Shown here in pieces: positions 9,601 to 17,238 of a stretch of 64,000 nt of DNA (position 1 is its first letter; each line of letters starts with the position of its first letter). The translations under genes were made by a program, and so were the position numbers. This DNA comes from a virus, in the UHGV virus genome UHGV-0371278. One strand, given 5' to 3'. The notes under the pieces were generated by a model. That model searched no databases and was not told the origin of the DNA. It saw only the letters and a list, made by a program, of their open reading frames with translations.

Positions 9601-9761
9601 GTACGCCGACCGGCTCTTGGTTCCTCATCAAAGGATGGAAGCTCAGCGGAATTGATATGTTCATCGTGAAGGCCGTCAAGCGGATATTGACCGAACGCGA
9701 GAAAGCAAAGTTGGCAGCGCAAGCAGAGAAAGATTCCGAAGAGGGGAATGGCGATGAATGA
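6654..9761 (+). CDS. dnaE: DnaE-type DNA polymerase III alpha-subunit-like replicative polymerase (N-terminal PHP domain)
   Basis: 1035-aa ORF; GSSAGSLVCYLLGITEVDP matches the DnaE polymerase core motif; start ATG overlaps exonuclease stop (TAATG); ORF track start 6603 is upstream in-frame extension. Confidence 0.85.
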   Translation: MSFPQLRVRSGYSYGAAYGRFPEIIERAKEIESPFVAIVDDGTWGHVRWEQAATKAELPRGFGMEIPIKCADDGEKELKLKAWALAKDTRKFYRLTSKTVQNQGLSPKEFQDADGIIKFAGEAYAHLDLAGIDYIDINPASMVAAHGAMETARAFGKPVVITSYNDMPSIGHVDFASAWKVRESVGLRHIATEEELWTRLRHIMTREEFDEAVANTHAVVEQLVDVKLAKAPMIHLDGDIVALAREGQAYRLSRGHIKEWTQAYEDRFQEEIKQIQLKDFDSYFLVVADLVAFAKKHMLVGPARGSSAGSLVCYLLGITEVDPLPHRLLFQRFIDISRSDLPDIDIDFADTHRYLVFEYLQQKYGTWNVVKLGNINTLKAASVIAHVGKRFGIPFHDTDNIKNSIIEYTSADERYGKGLEDTFEKTQPGRDFREKYEIASACMGDLEIHPSHSGVHAAGILVCNDEVIDFCTVTSEGVAQLDKPDSEYLNLLKIDALGLRTLGVIQDANCVTAQELYDLPLNDKAVLDVLNEDKMSGIFQFEGQAVRSVANAINITAFENIDHITALARPGPLSSGMATKYIERVAGREPVTYTIPQVEQYLSGTYGVFLYQEQIMSIVKDIGQFDWEQTSAIRKAMSARKGEEFFNKRRELFIEGAKTIGVAPEDAHRVWQEMVTFGAWGFNRSHSVSYAVVTYWTCYMKRYHRLEYAAACLRAAKDDQQTVSILRELAKEGVEYTALDPEHSELNWVVADGRLIGGIMNAKGFGPAKAERFLRLREEVKAARIALANCPISAQDVEDKADDVAALEAQILSAKVSRDKELEKLLKADLKELKAELKELKAQYKELAGSHLKTLQDWEKVAASLSNSEVQFADLNESHTLWGHAYDNPELVGVTSGNPIQNIRDIRDGDDGLVIVKLVKKVLSDENEPIRQKKRADQGKNPVYKGQSQFLDLMCVDDSVDQPIRFRIRPEKYLQYGKNIAEGTPTGSWFLIKGWKLSGIDMFIVKAVKRILTEREKAKLAAQAEKDSEEGNGDE

Positions 9762-10164
9762 TCGCGAAACGAAAGCCGCGAATGCGTTTAAGCAACGCTC
9801 GCTAGGCAGAATCCTGGTCGATTTCCTGGAGACGCGCCGGTCCGGCATGTCCGATTCGATCTGTCTGAATCGTCACGGTGTCCAGTTTTGGGTCGAGTTC
9901 AAGGCTCTGGAAGCTTGGCCAAAGCGCACCTCTACCTGCCCAATGGCGCGCTGTTTCGAGCCTGGGCAAATCCCTTTCCTTCGGGAGCGGATCGGCTGGG
10001 GTGGTCGAGGCTTCGTCCTGGCAAAAATCGGGACCGATTGGCTGCTTTTAAATCCCATGCTCGATCTGTTCGATCTTAACAGCCGCGACCTGGTGGAAGT
10101 TGCGAGCTATGCAGAAGGACTGGATAACATTGTTCAGTTCCTCGCCGATTTGGAGAACAAATGA
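9754..10164 (+). CDS. VRR-NUC domain (PD-(D/E)xK) nuclease-like protein
   Basis: LVDFLE...VEFK...EPGQIPFL pattern typical of VRR-NUC; immediately precedes SNF2 helicase (common pairing). Confidence 0.55.
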   Translation: MNDRETKAANAFKQRSLGRILVDFLETRRSGMSDSICLNRHGVQFWVEFKALEAWPKRTSTCPMARCFEPGQIPFLRERIGWGGRGFVLAKIGTDWLLLNPMLDLFDLNSRDLVEVASYAEGLDNIVQFLADLENK

Positions 10165-11726
10165 AAGCCAAAACCTATCCCGTCAAGGGCATGAAGACCG
10201 AGGCTATGCAGCACCAGTTCAATGCCCTGGAGGCTTCCCTTAACAAAAGGAATTTCGCATACCTGATGGAGCAAGGCACCGGGAAGACATGGACTACTTT
10301 GGCAGACTCAGTTAGGCTCTTCCTGCAAGGAAGGGTTGACGCGCTGCTCATCGTCGCCCCCAAGGGCGTACACACGAACTGGATTCTGCGCGAGATTCCC
10401 ACCCACGTTGCTATCAAGACTCTGTGCGTGGATTGGCGCGGCCGACCGACTTCCAAAAAGGCCAGGGCGCGTCTGGATCGTCTGTATGCCGAGACATTCG
10501 CTGATGAAAAAGTTCTTCGGGTCTTTGCCATAAACGTCGATGCCATCAACCACCAGGCTGGCTATGATGAGGTCGAGCGATTCCTTGATACATTCAAAGT
10601 TTGCGCAATTGTGGACGAGTCAACGAGGATCAAAAACCCACAAGCCAAGCGTGCGAAAAAGATCGTAAAGCTGGGCGAGAAGGCCGTGGCCCGTCGCATC
10701 CTTTCCGGAACTCCTCTGACGCGGGCACCGACCGATTTGTTCATGCAGTTCCAATTCTTGCGGAATGGAATTCTGGGGACTAAATCCTATCGGGCGTTTG
10801 TGGCCGAATTTTCCGTTCTGGTTCCCAGCGACGATCCGCGAATGGTCGCCATCATGCGCAAATTGGATGGGAAGAGTACAGTCCCCCCTCAGCTCGTCGA
10901 GAAAGACGATCTTGGACGACCAGTATTCCGAAATCTCGACAAACTGCGGTCCCTGATCGAGCCACACAGCTTCCGGGTCACGAAGAAAGAGGCATTACCA
11001 TTCCTGCCAGAAAAGGTTTACAAGCGCATATATTTCGAAATGTCGCCTGAGCAAAGGAAGGTTTATCAGCGAGTGGAAGAAGACTACCACTTCGTTCTCA
11101 AGAACGAAGACTTCATGCTGGACGTATCTTTCGATGCTGCGGCAGCGCGTTCGAAGCTCAAGCAAGTTGCATCCGGCTATATCAACGTCTATGGCGAGCC
11201 GGTGATCCTGCCGCCCGAAGACAACCCGCGATTCGCCGTGTTTACTGATCTTCTGGAGGGTCTGCTGGAGGAAGACCAGGAGCGCTCCATCATCATCTGG
11301 GCCATGCGCATTCAGGAAATCGACCAGATCAAGGCGTATCTGGAGGCCAAAGGAATTTCGTTTGGAGCCTATTATGGCGAGACCAAAGAGGCCGAGCGGG
11401 AAAAATTGATCGACGATTTCCAGGCCAAGCGCGTCCAGGTGTTCCTGGGCAACCCGGCCGCTGCTGGGATCGGAATCACGCTCACTGCCGCAGACGTGGC
11501 AATTTACTACACGACCGACGAAGACAACGAGTTGCGGATGCAGTCCGAAGACAGAAACCATCGCATCGGGACCATCAACTCTGTCCTGTACTTCGACCTC
11601 ATCTGTCTGGACTCCATCGACGAGAAAATCCAGGTTAGCTTGGAGTGGAAGCGCAATCTTGCGAGTTATGTCGTCGATGGAGTGTTCGAGGCTGACGTTA
11701 GCACTCGCGACGAATTTAATATGTAA
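10161..11726 (+). CDS. SNF2/Rad54-family DEAD-like helicase
   Basis: motif II IVDESTRIKN, C-terminal helicase domain; ATGA overlap with upstream gene. Confidence 0.8.
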   Translation: MKAKTYPVKGMKTEAMQHQFNALEASLNKRNFAYLMEQGTGKTWTTLADSVRLFLQGRVDALLIVAPKGVHTNWILREIPTHVAIKTLCVDWRGRPTSKKARARLDRLYAETFADEKVLRVFAINVDAINHQAGYDEVERFLDTFKVCAIVDESTRIKNPQAKRAKKIVKLGEKAVARRILSGTPLTRAPTDLFMQFQFLRNGILGTKSYRAFVAEFSVLVPSDDPRMVAIMRKLDGKSTVPPQLVEKDDLGRPVFRNLDKLRSLIEPHSFRVTKKEALPFLPEKVYKRIYFEMSPEQRKVYQRVEEDYHFVLKNEDFMLDVSFDAAAARSKLKQVASGYINVYGEPVILPPEDNPRFAVFTDLLEGLLEEDQERSIIIWAMRIQEIDQIKAYLEAKGISFGAYYGETKEAEREKLIDDFQAKRVQVFLGNPAAAGIGITLTAADVAIYYTTDEDNELRMQSEDRNHRIGTINSVLYFDLICLDSIDEKIQVSLEWKRNLASYVVDGVFEADVSTRDEFNM

Positions 11727-11750
11727 ATCAGTAGCCGTATCAAGGAAGAT

Positions 11751-11775
11751 GCGGCATAATATCTACTCAATACTT
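11751..11775 (+). promoter_or_regulatory. promoter-family copy (GCGGCATAATATCT variant)
   Basis: matches GGCATAATCTCTTCA -10 element of the family. Confidence 0.4.
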
Positions 11776-11813
11776 AGTTCAAGTAAGGGAACATCACTAA
11801 GTTGGAGGCTGAC

Positions 11814-12434
11814 ATGAGCGAGCAAGAATTGGAAGTTCCGGAGTATCTGAAGGACAATGCGCCGGGCGAAATTGACTATTTCGGCGTCATGGATGAAATG
11901 GCAGTCGAAGCTACCGACATTGGCCATCGACTGCTGAACTTGGTGGACAAGGCGTCTCAGCTGGACGGCGAAATCCTCGATTTACAAAAGGCGCTGGCCG
12001 AAAAAGAGGAAGAGCTGAAGACCCTCAAGCGCAACACCATTCCTGAGCTTCTGGAGGAACTCGGCCAGAAGACCACGACTCTGGCTGATGGCCGCACGGT
12101 AAAAGTCGAGCCGAAAGCCATCATTTCCGTCAAGGAAGAGAACAAGTCGAAGTTCTGGAAGTGGCTGGAAGACACAGACAACGACGGCATCATCAAGACC
12201 AAAGTTCTGGCAGAATTCGGTCGCGGAGAAATGGAAGATGCGAAGAAGGCGGCCGAAGCGATCATCGAAGCCGGCTATGACGCCACCATCAACCGCGATG
12301 TTCACTACCAGACCCTCCAGGCGTTCGGTCGCGAGTACCTGGAGAAGGGCGAAGAGTTGCCAGATTTCATCGGCGTGCACGAATACAAAGAGGCCAAAAT
12401 CACGAAACCGAAGGTGAAAAAGAGCAAATCTTAA
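11814..12434 (+). CDS. hypothetical coiled-coil protein
   Basis: GGAGG RBS; internal ATG of ORF 11802. Confidence 0.5.
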   Translation: MSEQELEVPEYLKDNAPGEIDYFGVMDEMAVEATDIGHRLLNLVDKASQLDGEILDLQKALAEKEEELKTLKRNTIPELLEELGQKTTTLADGRTVKVEPKAIISVKEENKSKFWKWLEDTDNDGIIKTKVLAEFGRGEMEDAKKAAEAIIEAGYDATINRDVHYQTLQAFGREYLEKGEELPDFIGVHEYKEAKITKPKVKKSKS

Positions 12435-12444
12435 TATGTAATTT

Positions 12445-12478
12445 GCTTTACTTAGTTGCAACTTCCGTTATTATAAAC
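12445..12478 (+). promoter_or_regulatory. promoter-family copy (GCTTTACT, 17 nt, ATTATA)
   Basis: -35/-10-like hexamers with 17-nt spacer upstream of 12523 gene. Confidence 0.45.
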
Positions 12479-12522
12479 CCACAGTTAGCGATAACTGAAA
12501 TTCGACAAACAAGGAGCCTAAC

Positions 12523-13422
12523 ATGGCTGGTAAGAAAACCGAAACTTCCGAAGCAACCGAAGAAACCAAGGCCGTAGCAGTTGCCACCGGTGGCGGCGCC
12601 GTCGCGACTACCGAAGTTCCCGACTTCATGGATTTGGGATCGTATGACGGCGCAGGCTTCGAAGGCGCCGATGCCGAGTCCTATGCCATCCCCTTCATCC
12701 AGGTTTTGCAGAAGATGTCTCCCCAGGTCGATGAAGATGACCCGAAGTACATCGAAGGCGCGAAGGCCGGCATGTTCCTGAACACAGTCACCGGCAAGGT
12801 TTACGACGGCAAGACCGGCCTGCTGATCATTCCGGCCGCGTACCGCCGCGAGTTCATCCGCTGGGCCGGTCGCGAGGCCGAGGGCGGTTTCAAGGGTGCC
12901 ATCAGCGTCGAAGACTTCAAGGAAATGATGAAAGACCCGACCAAGGTGAAGGAAGTCGAAGGACGCCTGTACGCGCCGAACGAAGACGGTTCGGTCAGCG
13001 ACAAGAAGTCTGACTACTTCGCCGACACCCGTGGTCATTACGTCATCGTCATCGATCCTGACACCGGCGATTTCGGCCAGGCTCTGATCTCCCTGTCGTC
13101 TTCGCAGATCAAGGCCTCGAAGAAGCTCATGACCGCGCTGTCCCAGAAAAAGGTTCAGACCCCGCAGGGCCTGCGCACCCCGCCGACTTTCGCCAACCTG
13201 GTCCGTATGACCACCGTAGGCATGTCGAACGACAAGGGCAGCTGGTCCGGCGTCCAGTTCGAGCTGGAAGGCCTGGTGAAGAACCCGGATCACTTCAAGG
13301 CTGCGGCCGACCTGTACAAGTCGTTCGTCGGCGGCGAGGTGAAGGTGGACTACAGCAAGCAGGAACAGCCTCGCAGTGACGCCGGTGGCGTCGGCGATGC
13401 GACCGAAGCCGAAGAGTTCTAA
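12523..13422 (+). CDS. putative ssDNA-binding protein (acidic C-terminal tail ending in Phe, as in T7 gp2.5/bacterial SSB)
   Basis: C-terminus ...GDATEAEEF; AAGGAG RBS; position in replication module. Confidence 0.4.
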   Translation: MAGKKTETSEATEETKAVAVATGGGAVATTEVPDFMDLGSYDGAGFEGADAESYAIPFIQVLQKMSPQVDEDDPKYIEGAKAGMFLNTVTGKVYDGKTGLLIIPAAYRREFIRWAGREAEGGFKGAISVEDFKEMMKDPTKVKEVEGRLYAPNEDGSVSDKKSDYFADTRGHYVIVIDPDTGDFGQALISLSSSQIKASKKLMTALSQKKVQTPQGLRTPPTFANLVRMTTVGMSNDKGSWSGVQFELEGLVKNPDHFKAAADLYKSFVGGEVKVDYSKQEQPRSDAGGVGDATEAEEF

Positions 13423-13436
13423 ATCACCGGCCGGAT

Positions 13437-13464
13437 AAAGGCGCTGTAATGGCGCCTTTCTTTT
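13437..13464 (+). terminator. rho-independent terminator
   Basis: aaaggcgc/gcgccttt stem + tcttttg. Confidence 0.6.
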
Positions 13465-13475
13465 GAGGAGTCAAA

Positions 13476-14085
13476 ATGGACTGGAAAGACATAGGTAGTA
13501 AGATCGGCGCGGCTGCCCCGGCTCTGGGGTCGCTCCTGGGTGGGCCTGCAGGCGCCGCCGTTGGCGCTATCGTCGCGACGGCGCTGGGGTCGAAGGCCGA
13601 CCCAGCCTCGGTCGCTAGCGCTCTAGACGCGAATCCGGAAGCTCTAGCGCGTCTCGCCGAACTCCAGAGCGCCGAGCGCGTTCGTCTCCAGGAGCTTGCG
13701 ATTCAAGCCGAACAAAATCGCCTTCAGTCTGAGCAGAACCAGCTCCATGCCGAGCTTAGCCAGTTCGCCGCAGAGGCGGCCGACAGGGATTCTGCGAGGA
13801 GGCTTGCGGCGGCGCAGCAGAACGATTTCGTTCGCCCGGCGATCAAATTCGCTCTTCTGACAGGCTCCATTCTCATCATCATCGCAATCTTCACATTCGG
13901 CCTGCGAGGCTCTGATGGACCCGACATCCTCGGTCGCCATCGGCACCATCATCGGCTATTGGTTCGCCGAGCTGAAGTCGGTAATGGCCTTCTACTTCGG
14001 CACAACCAAGGATGGATCGCGCCAGAGCACGGCGTCCATAATCAACGCAGTCAAATCCCAAATCCAAAAGGAATCGAAAGAATGA
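13476..14085 (+). CDS. GTA-type 3TM-holin-like protein, apparently disrupted by a +1 frameshift near 13925
   Basis: N-terminus MDWKDIGSKIGAAAPALGSLLGGPAGAA and ADRDSARR resemble the GTA-type 3TM-holin family; conserved C-terminal IIGYWF...YFGTTKDGS motif lies in the +1 frame ending at TGA 14083-14085 that overlaps the mazG ATG. Confidence 0.45.
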
Positions 14086-14636
14086 ATATCGAACAAATCA
14101 TGAGTCGCGAACTTCACGACCTGGTTGTTAAATGGGGTTCCGACCGGAACCTGATCAAAGGCTCTTCGGCCAAGGATCAATTCCTGAAGTTGGTCGAAGA
14201 GTTCGCAGAAGTTTGCGAAGCCTGGGTTTATAACAAACCAGTCGAGGTGAAAGACGGCATCGGCGACGTAATGGTGGTTGCCACGATCATGGCCGCGCAA
14301 CTCGGTGAAAATCTGTTCGATCATCTATCGGTCTTCAGCGAGACTGTCGAAGTTCATCCCACCTACGGCGACGATTTGCAGCACCTCGGACATCTGGCCG
14401 GCGCGCTGGCACGCGGAAATCATGGATTAGCCATCAAGAGCCTGGTCTTGGCCGTCATGACTCTGTTCGATGTGACGGAAGAGCACGACACTACCATGCT
14501 CGCCTGCTACGCTGCGGCCTACGACACCATCAAGGATCGCAAAGGCGTCATGTACGACGGCGTGTTCATCAAGGAGTCGGACGAGCGCTATGCGTCGATC
14601 ATGGCCGAACTGAACCACGCCAACGAAACCATCTGA
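14082..14636 (+). CDS. mazG: MazG-like nucleoside triphosphate pyrophosphohydrolase
   Basis: EExxE motif LVEEFAEVCEA and DGIGDVMVV; AAGGA RBS; internal start of ORF 13476-14636. Confidence 0.75.
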   Translation: MNIEQIMSRELHDLVVKWGSDRNLIKGSSAKDQFLKLVEEFAEVCEAWVYNKPVEVKDGIGDVMVVATIMAAQLGENLFDHLSVFSETVEVHPTYGDDLQHLGHLAGALARGNHGLAIKSLVLAVMTLFDVTEEHDTTMLACYAAAYDTIKDRKGVMYDGVFIKESDERYASIMAELNHANETI

Positions 14637-14654
14637 GCCGGCTTACCGCCATTT

Positions 14655-14680
14655 AGCCCGGTTCGCCGGGCTTCTTTTCT
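14655..14680 (+). terminator. rho-independent terminator
   Basis: agcccgg/ccgggct stem + tcttttct. Confidence 0.55.
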
Positions 14681-14690
14681 GGAGAACTGT

Positions 14691-15602
14691 ATGAAACCCA
14701 TGCTCGCATCGAATTTTGACCCGAAGCTGCTGGAAGGCCAACTGCCGATGTATTTCTCGCCGAAGATCGATGGATTTCGCTGCTTCGTATTCGAAGGTGA
14801 GGCGCTGACTCGTCAACTCAAGCGGCAGAACAATCAATCGATCTACGAATACCTCAGCGATAAACTGTTCAACGGCCTGGACGGCGAGCTGGTCTGCGGC
14901 GACATCAGCGACCCGAAAGTTTTCCAGAAGTCGTCCGGCGATCTTCGCCGCCACAGCGGTGAGCCGGACTGGTCTTTCCATGTGTTCGATGATTTCACCG
15001 ATCCTCGCGCACCGACCGAAGATCGCCTAGCCAGGGCGGCCGAGCGCGTGAACTTCCTTCGTCACTGCCTCGGCTATGAGAGGATTCACCTGGTCGAGCA
15101 GGAACTGGTGACTTCCATCGAACAGTTCAGCGAAGTCGAGCGCCGCCACACAATGCTGGGATTCGAAGGTTCCATGGGCAAGCGCGCTGATGGACTGTAC
15201 AAGTTCGGTCGCTCGACTGCCAAGGAAGGGCACTGTGTGAAAGTCAAGCGATACGACTACGATGAAGCTGAGATCATCGACGTGGAAGAGTTGATGCACA
15301 ACAACAATGAAGCTTTCATCAATGAACTTGGCCACACGGCCCGCTCCAGCCACGCAGAAAACCTGTCGCCGTCCGGAATGGTCGGTGCGTTCGTCTGCCG
15401 CAACGAACGTCTGTGGCCTGGAGTCACCTTCAACGTGTCGGCCTCCAGCCTGACCCACGATGAGAAACAGCGCCGCTGGAATGACAGGGAGTATCTCAAG
15501 GGCCAGGTCATCCGGTTCAAGCACTTCTCCCATGGCGCCAAGGACAAGCCGAGGCACGCCGTCTTCGACTGCTGGTTGGACGGATGGGGCGCGAGCCACT
15601 GA
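14691..15602 (+). CDS. ATP-dependent DNA ligase
   Basis: adenylation motif I SPKIDGFR (KxDG), ligase/OB-fold domain organisation. Confidence 0.8.
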   Translation: MKPMLASNFDPKLLEGQLPMYFSPKIDGFRCFVFEGEALTRQLKRQNNQSIYEYLSDKLFNGLDGELVCGDISDPKVFQKSSGDLRRHSGEPDWSFHVFDDFTDPRAPTEDRLARAAERVNFLRHCLGYERIHLVEQELVTSIEQFSEVERRHTMLGFEGSMGKRADGLYKFGRSTAKEGHCVKVKRYDYDEAEIIDVEELMHNNNEAFINELGHTARSSHAENLSPSGMVGAFVCRNERLWPGVTFNVSASSLTHDEKQRRWNDREYLKGQVIRFKHFSHGAKDKPRHAVFDCWLDGWGASH

Positions 15603-15610
15603 TTCTAGCG

Positions 15611-15678
15611 GACACTAGATCGAAATAAACCCGGACGCCTTATCCTAAAGGCGTCCGGGTTTATTTCGATCTAGTGTC
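15611..15678. terminator. bidirectional terminator, 29-bp perfect stem with 10-nt loop
   Basis: gacactagatcgaaataaacccggacgcc/ggcgtccgggtttatttcgatctagtgtc perfect inverted repeat; inner GC stem flanked by A/T runs. Confidence 0.7.
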
Positions 15679-15880
15679 GACAAATTAAGCCTTAGACCGG
15701 ACTCGGCCGCCAGAGTTCCTTGGCCAGAAAGAAGGCGATTTAATATCGCGGTGCGTATCGTTAAACAGTTAAGCGCGAGCATTTTCGTCGAGTTATAATA
15801 ACACCCGACCCTTCCGATTAACACAGCGCATCCCAAGCCATTATCGGGGTGAGGAGAAGACCGCAAACAGAGGACTAAAC

Positions 15881-16132
15881 ATGAAACGCAAAGAGCATCG
15901 CAAGCGCTTTCGGCCAAGAATAAGCCCAAGACTCCGGGAAGAGTTGATATCCGTTCTGACAAAGATCATAGGCGAGACAGTCAAGGACAAGGTGGTAAGA
16001 GCGCTGTTAATCGGCGTTCTGAGTTCGCTAGGGAACTATGTGGACTCGGTCACCCAGGAAGAGTCTGCCGCGCCTATTGAAGGCAGGACGATTGAAGAGG
16101 CAAAGCCGGAAAGCAAAAAGGCCGCTGAATAA
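15881..16132 (+). CDS. hypothetical small protein (possible single TM segment)
   Basis: GAGGAG RBS region; followed by terminator. Confidence 0.4.
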   Translation: MKRKEHRKRFRPRISPRLREELISVLTKIIGETVKDKVVRALLIGVLSSLGNYVDSVTQEESAAPIEGRTIEEAKPESKKAAE

Positions 16133-16148
16133 GCGGCCTTTTCTTTTA
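16120..16148. terminator. rho-independent terminator shared by convergent units
   Basis: ggccgct/agcggcc stem + ttttcttttag. Confidence 0.5.
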
Positions 16149-16155
16149 GGGAAGA

Positions 16156-16818
16156 TCAGGAGCCTTGACTGATAGCGGCGATGGTCTTCGTATAGCGGTT
16201 TATCCGGAGCTGACCGTGGTTCGCATCGTTCGGCGCGGCGCCGTTGATGGTCTTCACTACCATGGAGAAGTTGTTGGATTCCGCCATGGGGATACAGCGA
16301 TTGCGCCAGAAGAACCAGGCAGAAGACATCGACGCGCCGGCCGGAGTTTCCAGAAGCTCCGGTTTCTCCAGAACGTCCATGCCGGAGTCTTCGGCGAACA
16401 GGGCATAGTTCGATTTTCCGGTCAGCTGGATCAGGCCGCGACCGCGATACTTCCAGCCGTCCCCGTCCTGCTCGCAGCCATTACCCATGCGGTCAGCGTA
16501 CACGTTGTTGGCGATGGCGACCGGATTGCGAGCTAGGCGGTTCGCCAGAGCATTCGGGACATACGGGCGGACTCGCGGGTCTACTGCGTACCGGCGAGGC
16601 CAGGTGTTGGCCAGTCCTTGGGCGCTGTAGTTGAGATTTTCCACCAGACTCACCAGCCCACTGGATTCGACACCGATGTTGGCGAGGTAAGCCGCGATGG
16701 CTCGCGGCGACTCGATCTGGAATTTATCCATGGCCGCCTGGATGTCATCCAGCCACTTGATCGCCCGATCCGTGGTGCATCCGGTTCCTGTGATCAAAAT
16801 ATCCTTCGTTATTTTCAT
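16156..16818 (-). CDS. endolysin, glycoside hydrolase family 19 (chitinase-like)
   Basis: GH19 signature GRGLIQLTGKSNY and catalytic Glu context. Confidence 0.85.
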   Translation of the reverse strand: MKITKDILITGTGCTTDRAIKWLDDIQAAMDKFQIESPRAIAAYLANIGVESSGLVSLVENLNYSAQGLANTWPRRYAVDPRVRPYVPNALANRLARNPVAIANNVYADRMGNGCEQDGDGWKYRGRGLIQLTGKSNYALFAEDSGMDVLEKPELLETPAGASMSSAWFFWRNRCIPMAESNNFSMVVKTINGAAPNDANHGQLRINRYTKTIAAISQGS

Positions 16819-17237
16819 CAGTACTCCTGATTTTTGAACATTGTTTTCAAAGCCATGGGAAGTCGCGGCCGATCCCCGCTATTCCAATCGCGAATCTGCT
16901 GCCTCCAGTAAACAAGGGCTGCGATCAGCCCAGGTCCATCCGTGGGTTCGATACCCAGCCGCCTCTGCTCGTCGTGACGATCTATGGGCCAGCGGGTATC
17001 ACGAAGGATAGCCCGCTTTTCCCTGGCCCGTATAGCGTCCTGCTCCCGCTTCGCATCGACCGGGGCGATAGGTCCGTGCGCCCCGGATAGGATCGCAGCG
17101 TGGATGGCCCTTCCGTGGGCCTCCACGTCGTGCGGATTGGCGGTGAAAGGAACTTCCCCGATCCCATCGAAAGTCACCATGGCGTGGATGTTTGTTTCAT
17201 CCAGCCAACGAGGGTTTCTGATCCGCGTCCATTTCAT
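16818..17237 (-). CDS. tail fibre assembly chaperone
   Basis: C-terminal ...ALVYWRQQIRDWNSG resembles phage tail-fibre-assembly (Tfa) proteins; directly downstream of fibre gene. Confidence 0.6.
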   Translation of the reverse strand: MKWTRIRNPRWLDETNIHAMVTFDGIGEVPFTANPHDVEAHGRAIHAAILSGAHGPIAPVDAKREQDAIRAREKRAILRDTRWPIDRHDEQRRLGIEPTDGPGLIAALVYWRQQIRDWNSGDRPRLPMALKTMFKNQEY

Positions 17238-17238
17238 T

